Assembly (NCBI GenBank): GCA_964016885.1
Contig: OZ024754.1
Coordinates: forward strand, 6,200,001-6,264,000
Direction: 5' to 3'
DNA: 64,000 bases
DNA from: Eledone cirrhosa
Taxonomy: Eukaryota
The translations under genes and the position numbers were made by a program. Shown here in pieces: positions 48,401 through 61,652 of this stretch. Within the stretch, counting starts at the first letter, position 1; each line of letters opens with the position of its first letter. The notes beneath the pieces were generated by a model. The model was not told the origin of the DNA, did no database searches, and saw only the letters and a list, made by a program, of their open reading frames with translations.

Positions 48401-51400
48401 ATACAACATAAACCATTACTGTAATTTTCTACTCTCTATAATAGAACATAAACCATTACTGTAATTTTCTACTCTCTATAATACAATATAAACCATTACT
48501 GTAATTTTCTACCCTGCATAATACAACATAAACCATTACTGTAATTTTCTACTCTGTATAATACAACATAAACCATTACTGTAATTTTCTACTCTCTATA
48601 ATAGAACATAAACCATTACTGTAATTTTCTACCCTGTATAATACAACATAAACCATTACTGTAATTTTCTACTCTCTATAATAGAACATAAACCATTACT
48701 GTAATTTTCTACTCTCTATAATACAATATAAACCATTACTGTAATTTTCTACCCTGTATAATACAATATAAACCATTACTGTAATTTTCTACCCTGTATA
48801 ATACAATATAAACCATTACTGTAATTTTCTACTCTCTATAATAGAACATAAACCATTACTGTAATTTTCTACTCTCTATAATAGAACATAAACCATTACT
48901 GTAATTTTCTACTCTCTATAATAGAACATAAACCATTACTGTAATTTTCTACTCTCTATAATAGAACATAAACCATTACTGTAATTTTCTACTCTCTATA
49001 ATAGAACATAAACCATTACTGTAATTTTCTACTCTCTATAATACAATATAAACCATTACTGTAATTTTCTACTCTGTATAATACAATATAAACCATTACT
49101 GTAATTTTCTACTCTGTATAATACAACCAACCATTACTGTAATTTTATACTCTGTACAATACAACAGCAACATAAACCAATTACTGTAATTTTCTAAAAC
49201 AAAGAAACCTGAAATAGGTCATACACTTTATGAATGAGTTTTAGTTTAGTATTGCTGGCATTTTTATTATAATTTACGATTTTTCCTAGATTTGCCCCCA
49301 AATAAGTACTCAACCTGCATTTCTCACCTGCTCAACTATATGGAATTACAACTAGGCTGTGTCTTTTAGTGGCTCCCTCGCATGTGAACCATAACTGAAA
49401 TTCTCTACCCTGTACACTAGAACATTTTCTAAAAGAAACTCGACTTGTAGTTCAGTATTGCAGGCATTTCTTTTATTTTTAATTTATGGTTTTTCCTAAT
49501 AAATTCTTGACCTCCATTTTTCATCTACTAAATTATATAAAACTAGAGTTAGGTTGTGTCTTTTAGGGGCTCCCTCTAATTGCAATGGAATGGCTCTCCA
49601 ATCAGTCAAGAGAATTAAAAACTAAACCAAGACTTACATTGTTAATTTATCAGGATCTCGTTTGTCTCTGAGACATTTGTTCTGTTTGGTTGGTGTACTT
49701 GGTCTGTGAGTATGATGTCTGGTTGTGTTGGGCACTTTGTTACCGTTGAGGAGTCTCTCAGCACTGGTTGTCTTGCTACCAACTGGTGTAACATTACTCT
49801 CCACTATTGTGGTTCCAACAGTGGTCGCACTGCTTGTACCAACACCACTGTTTAGAACAGGCCACACTTCTTTGCTTGCATTGAGTGCTGCTTGTTGCTG
49901 ACTGGCTGCCAAACCAGATCCCACCACCAGAGAAGAGGAGGTGGAAGAAGCTGAAGAGGAAGAGGAGGAGGAGGAGGAGGAGGAAGAAGAGGAGGACCCT
50001 GTTGAAAGGAACTGCAGTTCTGTTGTTTGCTGAAGCAGCGTTGACTGTTGTGGTGGAGATGACTGTTCAACTGTGACAGGTGACGACGATTTTTTCCTAC
50101 TTGAAAATAAAAAAATACATGCATTAGCATCATCACTTCCACACTGTTCTTCAAACATTAGAATGGGCTGGATAGGTATGTAATTACAGAACTTAGATTT
50201 TTCAGAGATTAGACCACATATCAACATGATTTACTTACCTGGCCCTAAAAACAAATATAATGACATGTTTCAAAAGCTTTATTTCAGAGAATTTATTCTC
50301 ATCAAAGAAAATACAGGGTAAACATAAAATATTCCCCTGACTATAAAATATCATATCTCAGATACTATTTGAGATTTTACTTTTTCATTGTTTTAATTTA
50401 TAAATTTCAAGTTTAACCCTTTAATGTTCAAACCGGCCAAAATTCTCTACCTTTTTCTGTTGAAACTGGCTGTAACTGGTCACTCAAACTGATGTTAAGG
50501 TATTGTTCGTAAAATAAATACTTTCAAAATCTCAGATTCGATATTATGTGAGGTAAAGCCTTTACCATGAAAGTATAATAGTATATATAGAGTAATATGA
50601 ATGCTAAAGGGTTAAAAGTTTTTCTGAACAGTTTAAAGTTTTCAGTAATGAAATGACATTTATGAAACAAAAAAAACTCTGTGTTTTGTGCTCAGCCTAT
50701 ATTGCAACAGAAGAGTTACTGTGGAAACTGTGTCAATACCTAGATTACAAAGATGGATAAACCTTGTAACAGACTGACATCTACTCTCGATAACATATTA
50801 AGCTGGGATAAACTCCCACATGATGGATTTTTCGGCTACCATGTCTTGAAAACACTTTTAAAGATTGATAATTCAACAACTGGCCTTTTAAGGAGTTAGC
50901 TTTACGAACCCATGACAGGGTTTATGTTCATTGTATGGTACCTTTTCAGGTAATGTCTTACGGCTGGATGATCTTCCTGGCACAGTACAAGCCCTTTTGG
51001 TCACTTCATATGACATACAGTCTAGGTATGGCATGGTCCCATAACTCCTGACAACAGTCGTAGGAACACTATTGACAAACGTCGTTTCTTGGGCATTTTA
51101 AGCCTGGTGGAGTCCACCCCCCCCCCCCCCACCCCACCCCACCCCACCCAGGCCTGAGTACAGAAGATTTCTTCCAGAGAAAAATAACGAGAGAGAGGAA
51201 ATGAGACATACAGTTTTCTTATTCTAAATTGGATATACACACACTTTAGAAGATTGAAGATATACCCGGTGTTAAAAAGTAACGGCTGCTTACCTTGAAG
51301 TTATAGTTTTATTGGATGTTACATGGTTATTTGCTAAATTTTGGGAATTCATAAACTGTTCTAACAATTTCTGTTCATATTCTTGATGTTTACTGAAAAT

Positions 51401-54400
51401 AGGAGACAAAGATAAAAAATAAAATTACAATGGTTTCATATTTTGGTTTATTTAAAAACAAAGGAAGACGAAAGACAAAACCAATTACTTTAGTCATGTT
51501 GGTCCAAATACTTGCAAAAGAGTGCACTCCACTAAAGACGGATAGAAGTCAGGTGGTGGTGATAAACAAGGAAATGTATTGGGACATGTGGTGTTAAACA
51601 GGGAAATTATGTACTGACTTCGTCTGTGACAACTCATCCAGCCCTTCCTAGCAAGGAAAACAGCTGTTAAAGGATGATGCCACAGTAATTTTTGTGCGTA
51701 TGCCTAAGATTGAGTACCGCACACTTTCCAAGAGGTCAGGGTTAAAAGGTTCAAAGACAGATGAGAGTGAGGAACTTCATTAAGTGACCAACTTACCCCA
51801 TTTGCATTTCTTCTTTTGTGAAACTTGCTGCCTCTTCCCCTAACTCATGTAAATACATACAATCCTGTAAGAAGAGAGAGAGAGTGAGTGAGTGAGTGAA
51901 AAACATGTTATTAAGGTGAGGAAGTAATGTTGACCAATGCTAGGTGGATTAGTGGAGGTCAATACTGACCAAAACTGTGGATGGGTGGCAGAAATCTTTG
52001 AAGTTTAGACTGGAGTATGGCTGGTGTAACATTAACCAGAGATGGAAGGTTGAAATAATTTAGAGAAGGCTAAAAACAAATCAATGGTTGCTAGCACCTC
52101 ATGCTATCTTTTGTTTTTTCCAGACCATGTGGTTAGAACTACATTATCCAATGAAGTTTACCCTTTTTAAGACAGCATGACATGATTTCTTTACAGTTTA
52201 GCGGGTATTTTTAGCAGATAAAATGACAATACAATGGTTCCCCTGTTAGCTCACTGAAGCTCCTTCAATGGCCCAGGGACAATTTAAATGGAGCAATGTA
52301 GACAAAGAAACATCTAAATCTTAATTTACATGAACATATGGAATACAGAATAGATATTTATTTAACAAATGTCATCTCACTAAAGACTAAGCTCTCAGTC
52401 CAGCAGCAAATTGGCCTCTCTGTAAGCTCCAACAGTGTATTTAAGCACTTGTAACTTACTGATTTAGGGCATTGCGCTCCTTTGAGAAAGTGACTGCAGT
52501 ACTTTGTTGTGCCCAGTGATGCTTTCAGTGTCCGACCATCCACATGAACATTATTGACTGCTAAAATTGCTTTCAGAGCATCTTCAGATCTGTTGTATGT
52601 TACATATGCACTGGCACTTGGACCCTGCAAAAAACAAAAAACATTTAAATATATCAATCTCAAAAGCTAGAATCTCTGTACTATGATACAGGCCAGGCAT
52701 GGGGAACCTTTTTCGAGCAGTGGGTCGCATAGGATGTGGCTAATCATAAGGTGATTTGAAGATACAATTTTGAAATTAGGCATGTCATTCAGAAAACCAA
52801 ACAGGCCACAGTTTGTCCATGACAGAAATAAGTGACACATAAGTCTTTTCGTTATTAAACAATCCAGAGCTCCTAAGATATAAAACTGTATATATTAAAG
52901 TGCTTATCATTGTTTTTACATCCTCTTTTCTCTACTGGCATGGGTGGGTTGATATGTTTTTTAGATGTTTTACAGTTGGATACCCTTCCTGATACTAAAG
53001 GGTTAAAAACAAGTTTGATAATTCAAATGTTTATATCTTTATCTAGAGAAATTGTTGTGAAAATTTGCAGTAAACTAAAGACTTTAATTTTTAATATAAT
53101 AAAGTTGTAAGGATGTTAAGAGTTAATGATCAGCTTCTTTAAGAAAAAATAAACCCACATTAATATTGGATTCCATAATTTTCTTGTGTAAGACAATATT
53201 TATTTCTCTATCAAAAACAGTTTTAATACTTTTTACAGATATATGTTTACCAAATTTAAAAAGTACTCCTATCACCATTTGAAAACTGAGGAAACAAACA
53301 CTAATATATCCAGTAAGAACATCCAAAATCATTCAAGTCAACTCATTTGTTACCATATTTCTAATAAAAGACACTGGTTATGTATTTCAATTAACTTGGA
53401 AAATAATCAAGAATTTGGAGAGATTTAGTAATATAACTTATTTAACTGGTATTTGGAACATAACTTAAAACTTCTTATATAAAAACTATGGAAGGTTTTT
53501 GGATAGATATAAACACTTTAAAACAATTTTGTATCTTCAAATCAGGGGCAGTTTCAAGGGCTTTGGTATCAAAAAGGTTAACACATCATTAATGAGAACA
53601 CTTATAGGCTTTGTTTAGATTTATAACATCACGCAAAACAGAATTCTGTATACATAGAAATATATTTTGATAGAACAAAGGTAGAGACTTTAACACAATA
53701 TATAAAAAGGTCAAGTCAAATTACATACCTGGGCCCCTGCATAAGATGTACTTTGATTAATGACAACTTTGTGAATCTTTCCAAATTTACCAAAATATTC
53801 ATGCTTTTTTAATACATCAGGTTCTGCTAACCTTTGAGATAGACCCACAACAAAAACAAGATTTTTTTGAACAACTCTGAAATAAAAATAGAAAGAAAAA
53901 AATTAAAAACGAAATAAAAGGTTTGTTACCTGCGAAGGTTTCAAAACTGATATCCACGGGGAATTACTATAAAGATACGAGACTTACAAATCATAAAATA
54001 TTGCTATAAACAATAGGTAGAAGCTTTAAGGAAATAAAGTTTCTATATCATCAAACTATTAGGTTTCTGTAAAGTCCAACCATTTTATAATATAATTAAT
54101 ATTTCTTTCATTATTTTCATTTTCTTTGTTACATAATTGCCTCATGGTTTTAGAGTTCCTTTATATAAATTCTAAAAACTTAGGTAAAAACAAAGAGAAA
54201 TTCTCTAATCTTATTGTGAAAATATAATTCTAACATCTCTGCGTTAATGTATAGCAATGTTCTTGGCAATCCAAGTCTGCAATGTGCTTCTCATTAAGAG
54301 AACTATTTCCGTTACATCATTAATGCCCTTGAGAAAGAATTGAAGGTCACAATTTTGATATTTCCTCCCCACCCATTTATAAATATAGGGTTTCAATGGC

Positions 54401-57400
54401 CTAATTTAAAAAAAAAAAAATCCCAAGCTGCTAAAATCACCAAATAAAGATATTTTATTATTGTGCGACCAAATCTAAAATAAAGTAATGGCCTTGTTTA
54501 ATGTCAATCAAACAAATTATAAAACATGTAAAAGGAAAATATAGGTATATTTTTTTCAAATTAATTTCAGTGCCATTTAATCACCTCAAACATGAACATT
54601 TAATACTGGTAATGTCATAATTTACACAAGAACAATCATAACAGAATTATCAAAATCTCACTGCTTTGCCCCTGATTGACCAGGAAAAACATTAGGCTCT
54701 CTGGTTTAGTTAAAATTGTATTAGTTCTGAAAATACATCTGTTTAATATACAACACGTTTAATATACATCACGTTTAAAACATTACGGAGAAATTACACA
54801 TTTTAAATAGTGATTTCAAATATTTATGAATTTTCGAAATTAATAAAGCATAGAAAAGATGATTAAAAAAAAACTAAATCATTGAAATTAAGAGGAATTG
54901 ATGGGCATATTCCTTCATTGAAAGATATCAGCGTGCCTGTTTATCATTCTGTCCCAAATCTGTTCTGGTTTAGATCCCTTACACTTAGGTTTACCACAGT
55001 AATCACAGGTCCTTCAGTGACAATAAAAATATGCAATTTCAAAATATAAGTTCACACACGTATTTTAATCTTTGTGGTCACATTTTCCTTGTGAATATAG
55101 AAACTGTATAAAATTGAGAGAACCTCTTGAGTGATGATGCTATGATAAGTGCACCCAGTACACTCTGTAAAAGGGCTAGTGATCAAATGAAGACAATTGA
55201 GTGTAAATAGAATTCTTCAGCCTTATCGAGGACATGACAACTTCCCTAGTGTTGATGCCAGGATATAATGCACCCAATACACTCTGTTGGAGTCAGGAAG
55301 GGCATCAAACCATAGAAATCATGCCAAAAATGTAATGTACAAATGAAACATGTTCCTGAGACGCATCTCAGAAGGCAGAAACATCAAATAAAAACTGACT
55401 GTTTAACCCATAACAGTGTGGAAAGCAGGCATAAAACAATGATTCACTACATAAGTGACACAAATTTGATTTTACCAAATGAATAGATTTTGATTTAACA
55501 ACACTGGTGAAAAAAAAACAACAACAGCGAAAGGGACTTAAGTAAACATAGCTCAGAATACAACATCGTGTTCCAAGATTCCCCCCAAAATATCAAAAAC
55601 AGAAAAGCTTTTCATAATTGTTTGCAATTGTCACTTCAAAGTAGTCACTAATTTCTGTTCATGTTTTAGTCTCATGTCCTGCAAGGTGATCCTTCAATAT
55701 TTTGCTTATCATTCCAATCTTCCAAACAAATACTACGTAGCTCTTTGAGTTAAAACCGTAAAGGAAAGGGGCCTTTAACTGCCGATGGGGTTGTAAGGGT
55801 GCCATTTTGACACATGGCATATTTTGGACGTTTTAACCCTTTAGCATTTACATTACTCTATATTTATAATTGTATTTTAATGGTAAAGGTTTTACCTCAT
55901 ACAATTATCTCACATAATATCGAATCTATGAGATCTTGATATTATTTATTTTGAGAACAATATCTTAACATTGGAATGAGTGGCCAATTACAGCCAGTTC
56001 GATCAGAAAGAGGCGAGAGAATTCTGGCTGGATGCAGCCGGTTTAAATGCTGAAGGGTTAAACCTGGCAGAACCTATCCCTCTCCAGGCCTGAACACAGC
56101 CAATTTCTTCCAGAGAAAGTAGGACAGATAGATAGAAGAATAATCAACTCCAATACTGAACTGGGATGAAAGGTCAAGTTGACCTTGAGATTTTAATTCA
56201 GAGCGCAATGAGCTGGAACAAATTCCGAGGCATTTCTTATCCAATGTTCTAATGACTGCCATTCCCTGCCTTAATAATTAAAACATAGGCCCAGACGAAG
56301 TAAATAGGGCAAATTGTATCAGTGCACCTGAGCACTGTACACAATTTATTATTTATAATTCAATGGTCTTTTGGTTTTTTTTTCTAATATTTTGAAAAAT
56401 GCCAAAATTGACATGTAATCCTGGCAAAAGGAATTCAAAGAGTTACAAGAACATTAACAAGAACAACACCGTGAAAAACTGATACACCTACCTAACATTT
56501 GCTAAATGTTTTCTGTTTTCAGCTGCTTTCTGCTTCCTTTGTAGATCTTTCTGTCTCTTTTCTTTCTTTATCCTATGTAATCTACAGGACAAGATTCTGT
56601 ATTGTAAATACTTAAAATGAAACATCAGACAGTACAATTAACATATGAAATGTGGGGAAAGGTTTCTTCTCTCTTTCACTACCAAGTAACGATAATAGTC
56701 TAACAAATTACATTGAGAAAAAAAATGGTCTAAAACAATCACTAAATTAGGCACAAGCCAAGCAATTTTAGGGGAGGGTAAGTCGGTTGTACCAAGCCGT
56801 GCTCGACTGGTACTTTATTCTATCAACCAGGAAATGTGAAAGTTGACCTCAGTGGGATTTGAACTCAGAGCACAAAGTATTGGAATGAATACTGTAAAAG
56901 CATTCTATCCGATGTTCTAACATTTCTGCAAGTTGGTATTGAAAGGGTCTATACTAATCTTTCCAAAGAACCCTGTAGATACTGTAGAAACCTTTTCAAG
57001 CAAAGGGTTGAGAAGATTCTCCAATTGCGTCAAAGACTTGACAACCTCCCTAGAGCTGCTGCCATGCACCTAGTGCACCCTGTAAAGTAGTTGGTGCTAG
57101 GAAGGGAATACAGCTGTAGAAACTATGCCAAAACTGGAAAATATGTAAGTAATATGTGACTGATGGTCTGTCCAAGAAGACAGTTGCTTCAATTAAGTTT
57201 TGACTTACTGTAATAACTCATCTAACCTATACCAGCATGAAAAAAACAGATGTTAAGTGATGACAATGATGATAACACCATGGAAATACCCAACAAGTTC
57301 TATAATCAAGCCCAACTGGTAATTTTAACCTGGTATTCTTCCATACAAGAAGAACTCTATCCTAAATACAGAGACTAAGATGATGCCCTTAAATCAATCA

Positions 57401-57921
57401 TTAGCAATTATACAACATATGTTAATTAGATTAACATAATTATTTTAAAAATAAAAACTTAATATATTTCATAACTGTAAACTTTTACTTACTCATCCTC
57501 TGTGAGTGGTTTGAATTCTGCAGGGTCTTCAGGGTATTGCTAAAATAAGATTTTGTAGTGTGTATACAAGTAATAAAATGTTTTGTGTGTGTATATATAT
57601 AAAAGGAAAGACAAGGATCACAGGAGAACAATAGAATACAATGCTGGTATATTAGTTCAACGCTCGATTTATTTGATAAAAAAAGTCTTAATGTTTCAGA
57701 CACTACTCCTCCATTGGAAGATAGAAAAAGACAGAAGGGAGGCTGTTTGTGAGACAGAAGAAAAAGGATAGACAAGAGGTTTAAAAAAACAAAAAAAAAT
57801 CAGGAAAGAGAATAGCTAGGGGATAGGGTTACTATATGTTGAGTTTCCAAAACCATGGTTGGGGCAGTATATAAACCAATTTGACTTGTATTCCACCAAA
57901 AGTGTGATTTGGGCTTAAATC

Positions 57922-57963
<42 letters not shown>

Positions 57964-58104
57964 AGATCAAAAGATGGTTAAAGGAGTTCCATCTTTTGAT
58001 CTTATATATTATGTATACTCCAGTCCTACAAACTGTAGAGTGCTTCTTATCCGATATCTGCATTGCTTTATTGTACTACAATAAAACTCACCTCCTACAT
58101 TATA

Positions 58105-58136
<32 letters not shown>

Positions 58137-58327
58137 GGTTTCTTAATTATATGGACAAGGTTTAAAATTTTCATTACATTTATTGAGCTGTGACGTGCTT
58201 TTTGTGATTGATCAGCTCAAAATTCAATATGTATCTATTGGGCCAGACTCTGGAATCAAAAGCTCATCGGACTTATGGTAATGACAGAACGATTCCCTTA
58301 CAGCTTTGAGAAAATATGTATATATGA

Positions 58328-58420
<93 letters not shown>

Positions 58421-61400
58421 AAAGAAACAGTGAGAAAGGACAAATCAGAAGAGAAAACATTGAATGGGTCCCCAAGATTAGTGTTTCACATAGTGGTACC
58501 GTCAATTACGATCAGCGTTCGAGAGTGACCTGACATTAACAACTAATTAGGTGCAATCAATAACACTATCAGCAGTAGCAAGAAATCCCAGTAAATCAAT
58601 GAATGGGTGAATACTCCAGAGGGGGTACCCACAACATACCTTCCTACATGCAGGACACAACCCATTTTCATCTGTTCTTATTCTATGCCAACAAAATCTG
58701 CATATCTGTAAAGTATGAAAGAAAATCTCAAGTCATTTAAGCATTGTACAGAAATTTTATGACAACATTTTTTATATTAAAAACCCTGAAGTATAAAGTT
58801 TACCTCTTTAGCATTTAAACCAGCCATATCTGGCCAGAGTTCTCTCATCTCTTTCTGTTTAAACCGGCTGTAACCTGCCACTTGTACCGATATTGAGGTA
58901 TTGTTCTCAAAATAAATAACATCAAAATTGTATAGCATCGATATTATGTGAGGTAAAGCCTTTACTGTTAATGTAACATTTTATATTTTTAGTACTGCTA
59001 TGCTAACAAAGAATTGGCCATTTGAATTTGCTTATAATACATTCCTTCAGGTCTAATGATTTAGAAGAAATGTCTAAAAAAGGGTTTGTTAATTCAAATC
59101 TAGGCAGTGAATTGGCAGAGTTGTTAGAATGTCAGATAGAGTGCTTTGTGGTATTCATTTTGGTTCTTTGCTCTGAGTTCAAATCTTGCCAAGGTCAACT
59201 TTGCCTTTCATCCATTTGAGCTCCCTACATCTCTCTAGTGCTGGTACCATGATTAAATGCACTTGGTAGAATCTGGGTCCATATAATGAGATGCAGACCC
59301 CCAGCCAGTCTGGGAGGTCAGTAGCCCTGCTCCAGTATTAGCTGTCTTTGAAGACTTATCCAGCCCTTGTTAGCAGGAAAAGCAGACATTAAATGATGAA
59401 ACCTATCATGGCCACATCGAGATTCAGACTGGTAAACTTACTAATAATCATTAGAAGCAAGATTTCAACAACAACAAAAATACACAAGAGAAATCTACAT
59501 TCAATGATGTGTAAAAGTAGTTCTAAAAACAACTTTGCTAAGTACCAAAAACTCAGTAATACTAGCTCTGAGAAGTTCAGAAACTGGTTCTATCCATGTT
59601 GTCAAAAATGAAAAATAAAGAAAAAACTATTATTTTGGTTCATATTAAATATTTATAGCAACAGGTGGGTGTGCTGGAGTAAAGCTTAAACTACCAAGCT
59701 AAATGTGACATACTTGAGTTCTAACTACAGTTAAATACACTTCATTTGTTATGCCCTTGAGAAAGAAGAGAGCAGTGTCCTATTGTATGCCTCTTTATAA
59801 GACCTAAGGCTCCCATTCTATGTCAGAAATCAATAGTGGCTATAGCCTTTCTGAGGAGAAACCTGTTGTTAGAGTGATGCGTAAAGCTGCAAAACATTTG
59901 TAGCTCAGCCATTCATATGACAGAACTCATCTTACCTATTTCAACAACAACAACATCTACAGCTTCTTAAAAGTCCCCTACTGTAATGGCATGCAAGACA
60001 TGTAGTCAGCTGTTAGTAAGCAGCTAGAATCCTCATTAGCAACCACCACCACCACCACCAACAACAGTAACAGCAGCAGTAACAGCAACATGTCAGCCAG
60101 CCAAGTGAAGAAGAAATAGCTTTGACATAACCAAATACATAGACATAATGGTAGAATGCCAAGAGAGTACAATAAACAAAGAATTATGTTGTATGCAGAA
60201 ATATGAAAGGTACAAAAGAAATTACTCGTAAATAATAAACAATAAGATTAAGTCACACTAAGAAATCATGACTAACCCTTTGGATACTGAAACCAACCTT
60301 AGTTCTACAATTCAAACATGTTTATTTTAACCCTTTAACATTTACATTACTCTATATTTACTATTATATTTTCACAGTAAACACTTTATCTCACATAATA
60401 TTGATATTTATTTTGAGAACAATACCTTAACATAAGTATGAGTGGCCAGTTATGGCCGGTTTGAACTGAAAGAGGTGAGAGAATTTTGGCCAGTTTAAAT
60501 TATTCAAAAAATGATCTGATCATGCATATATCAATTGTGTCTTCAAAGTCATCACTTCATCATTTTTATATTGAATTTTCCAAGCTTGCATGGGTTGGAT
60601 GGGACTATTCCAAACACATAATAATAGAAAGTTATTTTATTAAATCCTTCCAGATTCTTTAATATTTTGAAAACTCTTTGAAAATCATAGCCAGTGTCTT
60701 TAATAAGAAATATGGTCACAAATGAGTTACAATTATTTAAAAATCATAAGCAATGTCTGTAAATAGAAATATAAGAGGTGGCCTAACGTCAGCTTTATTT
60801 TGTTTTTATGTTAAATGTTCACATGACTATAGTGACTACAAAATAACTTTTACTAGCAAATATGTTTAGTTTCTACAGATCATAGTGTGTATAGTAGCAT
60901 GTTGCTGAGATAATGGAACATAATGCCACTGTAGGTAGTAGTAGAGGTGGTGGTGATAGAAAGCTAACAGCTGAATAAGTTCAACAAAAAGCTAGAAAAG
61001 TGTAGGAGTCGAAATGATCTAATACACAAAAGGTCACATCTTAACAAGCCTGGCCATTCATTCTGTTAGAAAGTGTGAACAGTTTCACATGTTCAGCCAT
61101 ATTTTACCATCTGACAAAGCATTATCTTCTACCTTACGACAATGATTCCAAATCTAAAATATAGTTGACATCAATACCATTGAATCATCATCCTCATTTT
61201 TACATTAACTCTTCAATGCTGGCATGGATTAGACGGGTCTTTTTGAGGCTATGTTCTACAGCCAAATATCCTTCCTGACACCTGTATGTAGAAAACCTGC
61301 CAGAAACAGTTCTATACGAGTGAGACACGGTCACCCAACCAATCTTGCCTCAAGTGGGACAAACCGTCCAACCCATGCTAACGCAGAAGATGGACGTTAA

Positions 61401-61621
61401 ACAATGATATATACATACACCAACCCTTTTATTTGCTTTTTACAACACACAGGGATAGTGTACCTATTAAATACAGTATATACATACATCTGTATATATA
61501 TATATACACACACACAAGTGTCCCAAAAAATGTATACACATTTCAACAACATTCTAATGAATATTGCCTGTACATTTAATCAAAGTGTGTATACATTTTT
61601 AGGGACACCCTGTGTGTATAC

Positions 61622-61652
<31 letters not shown>

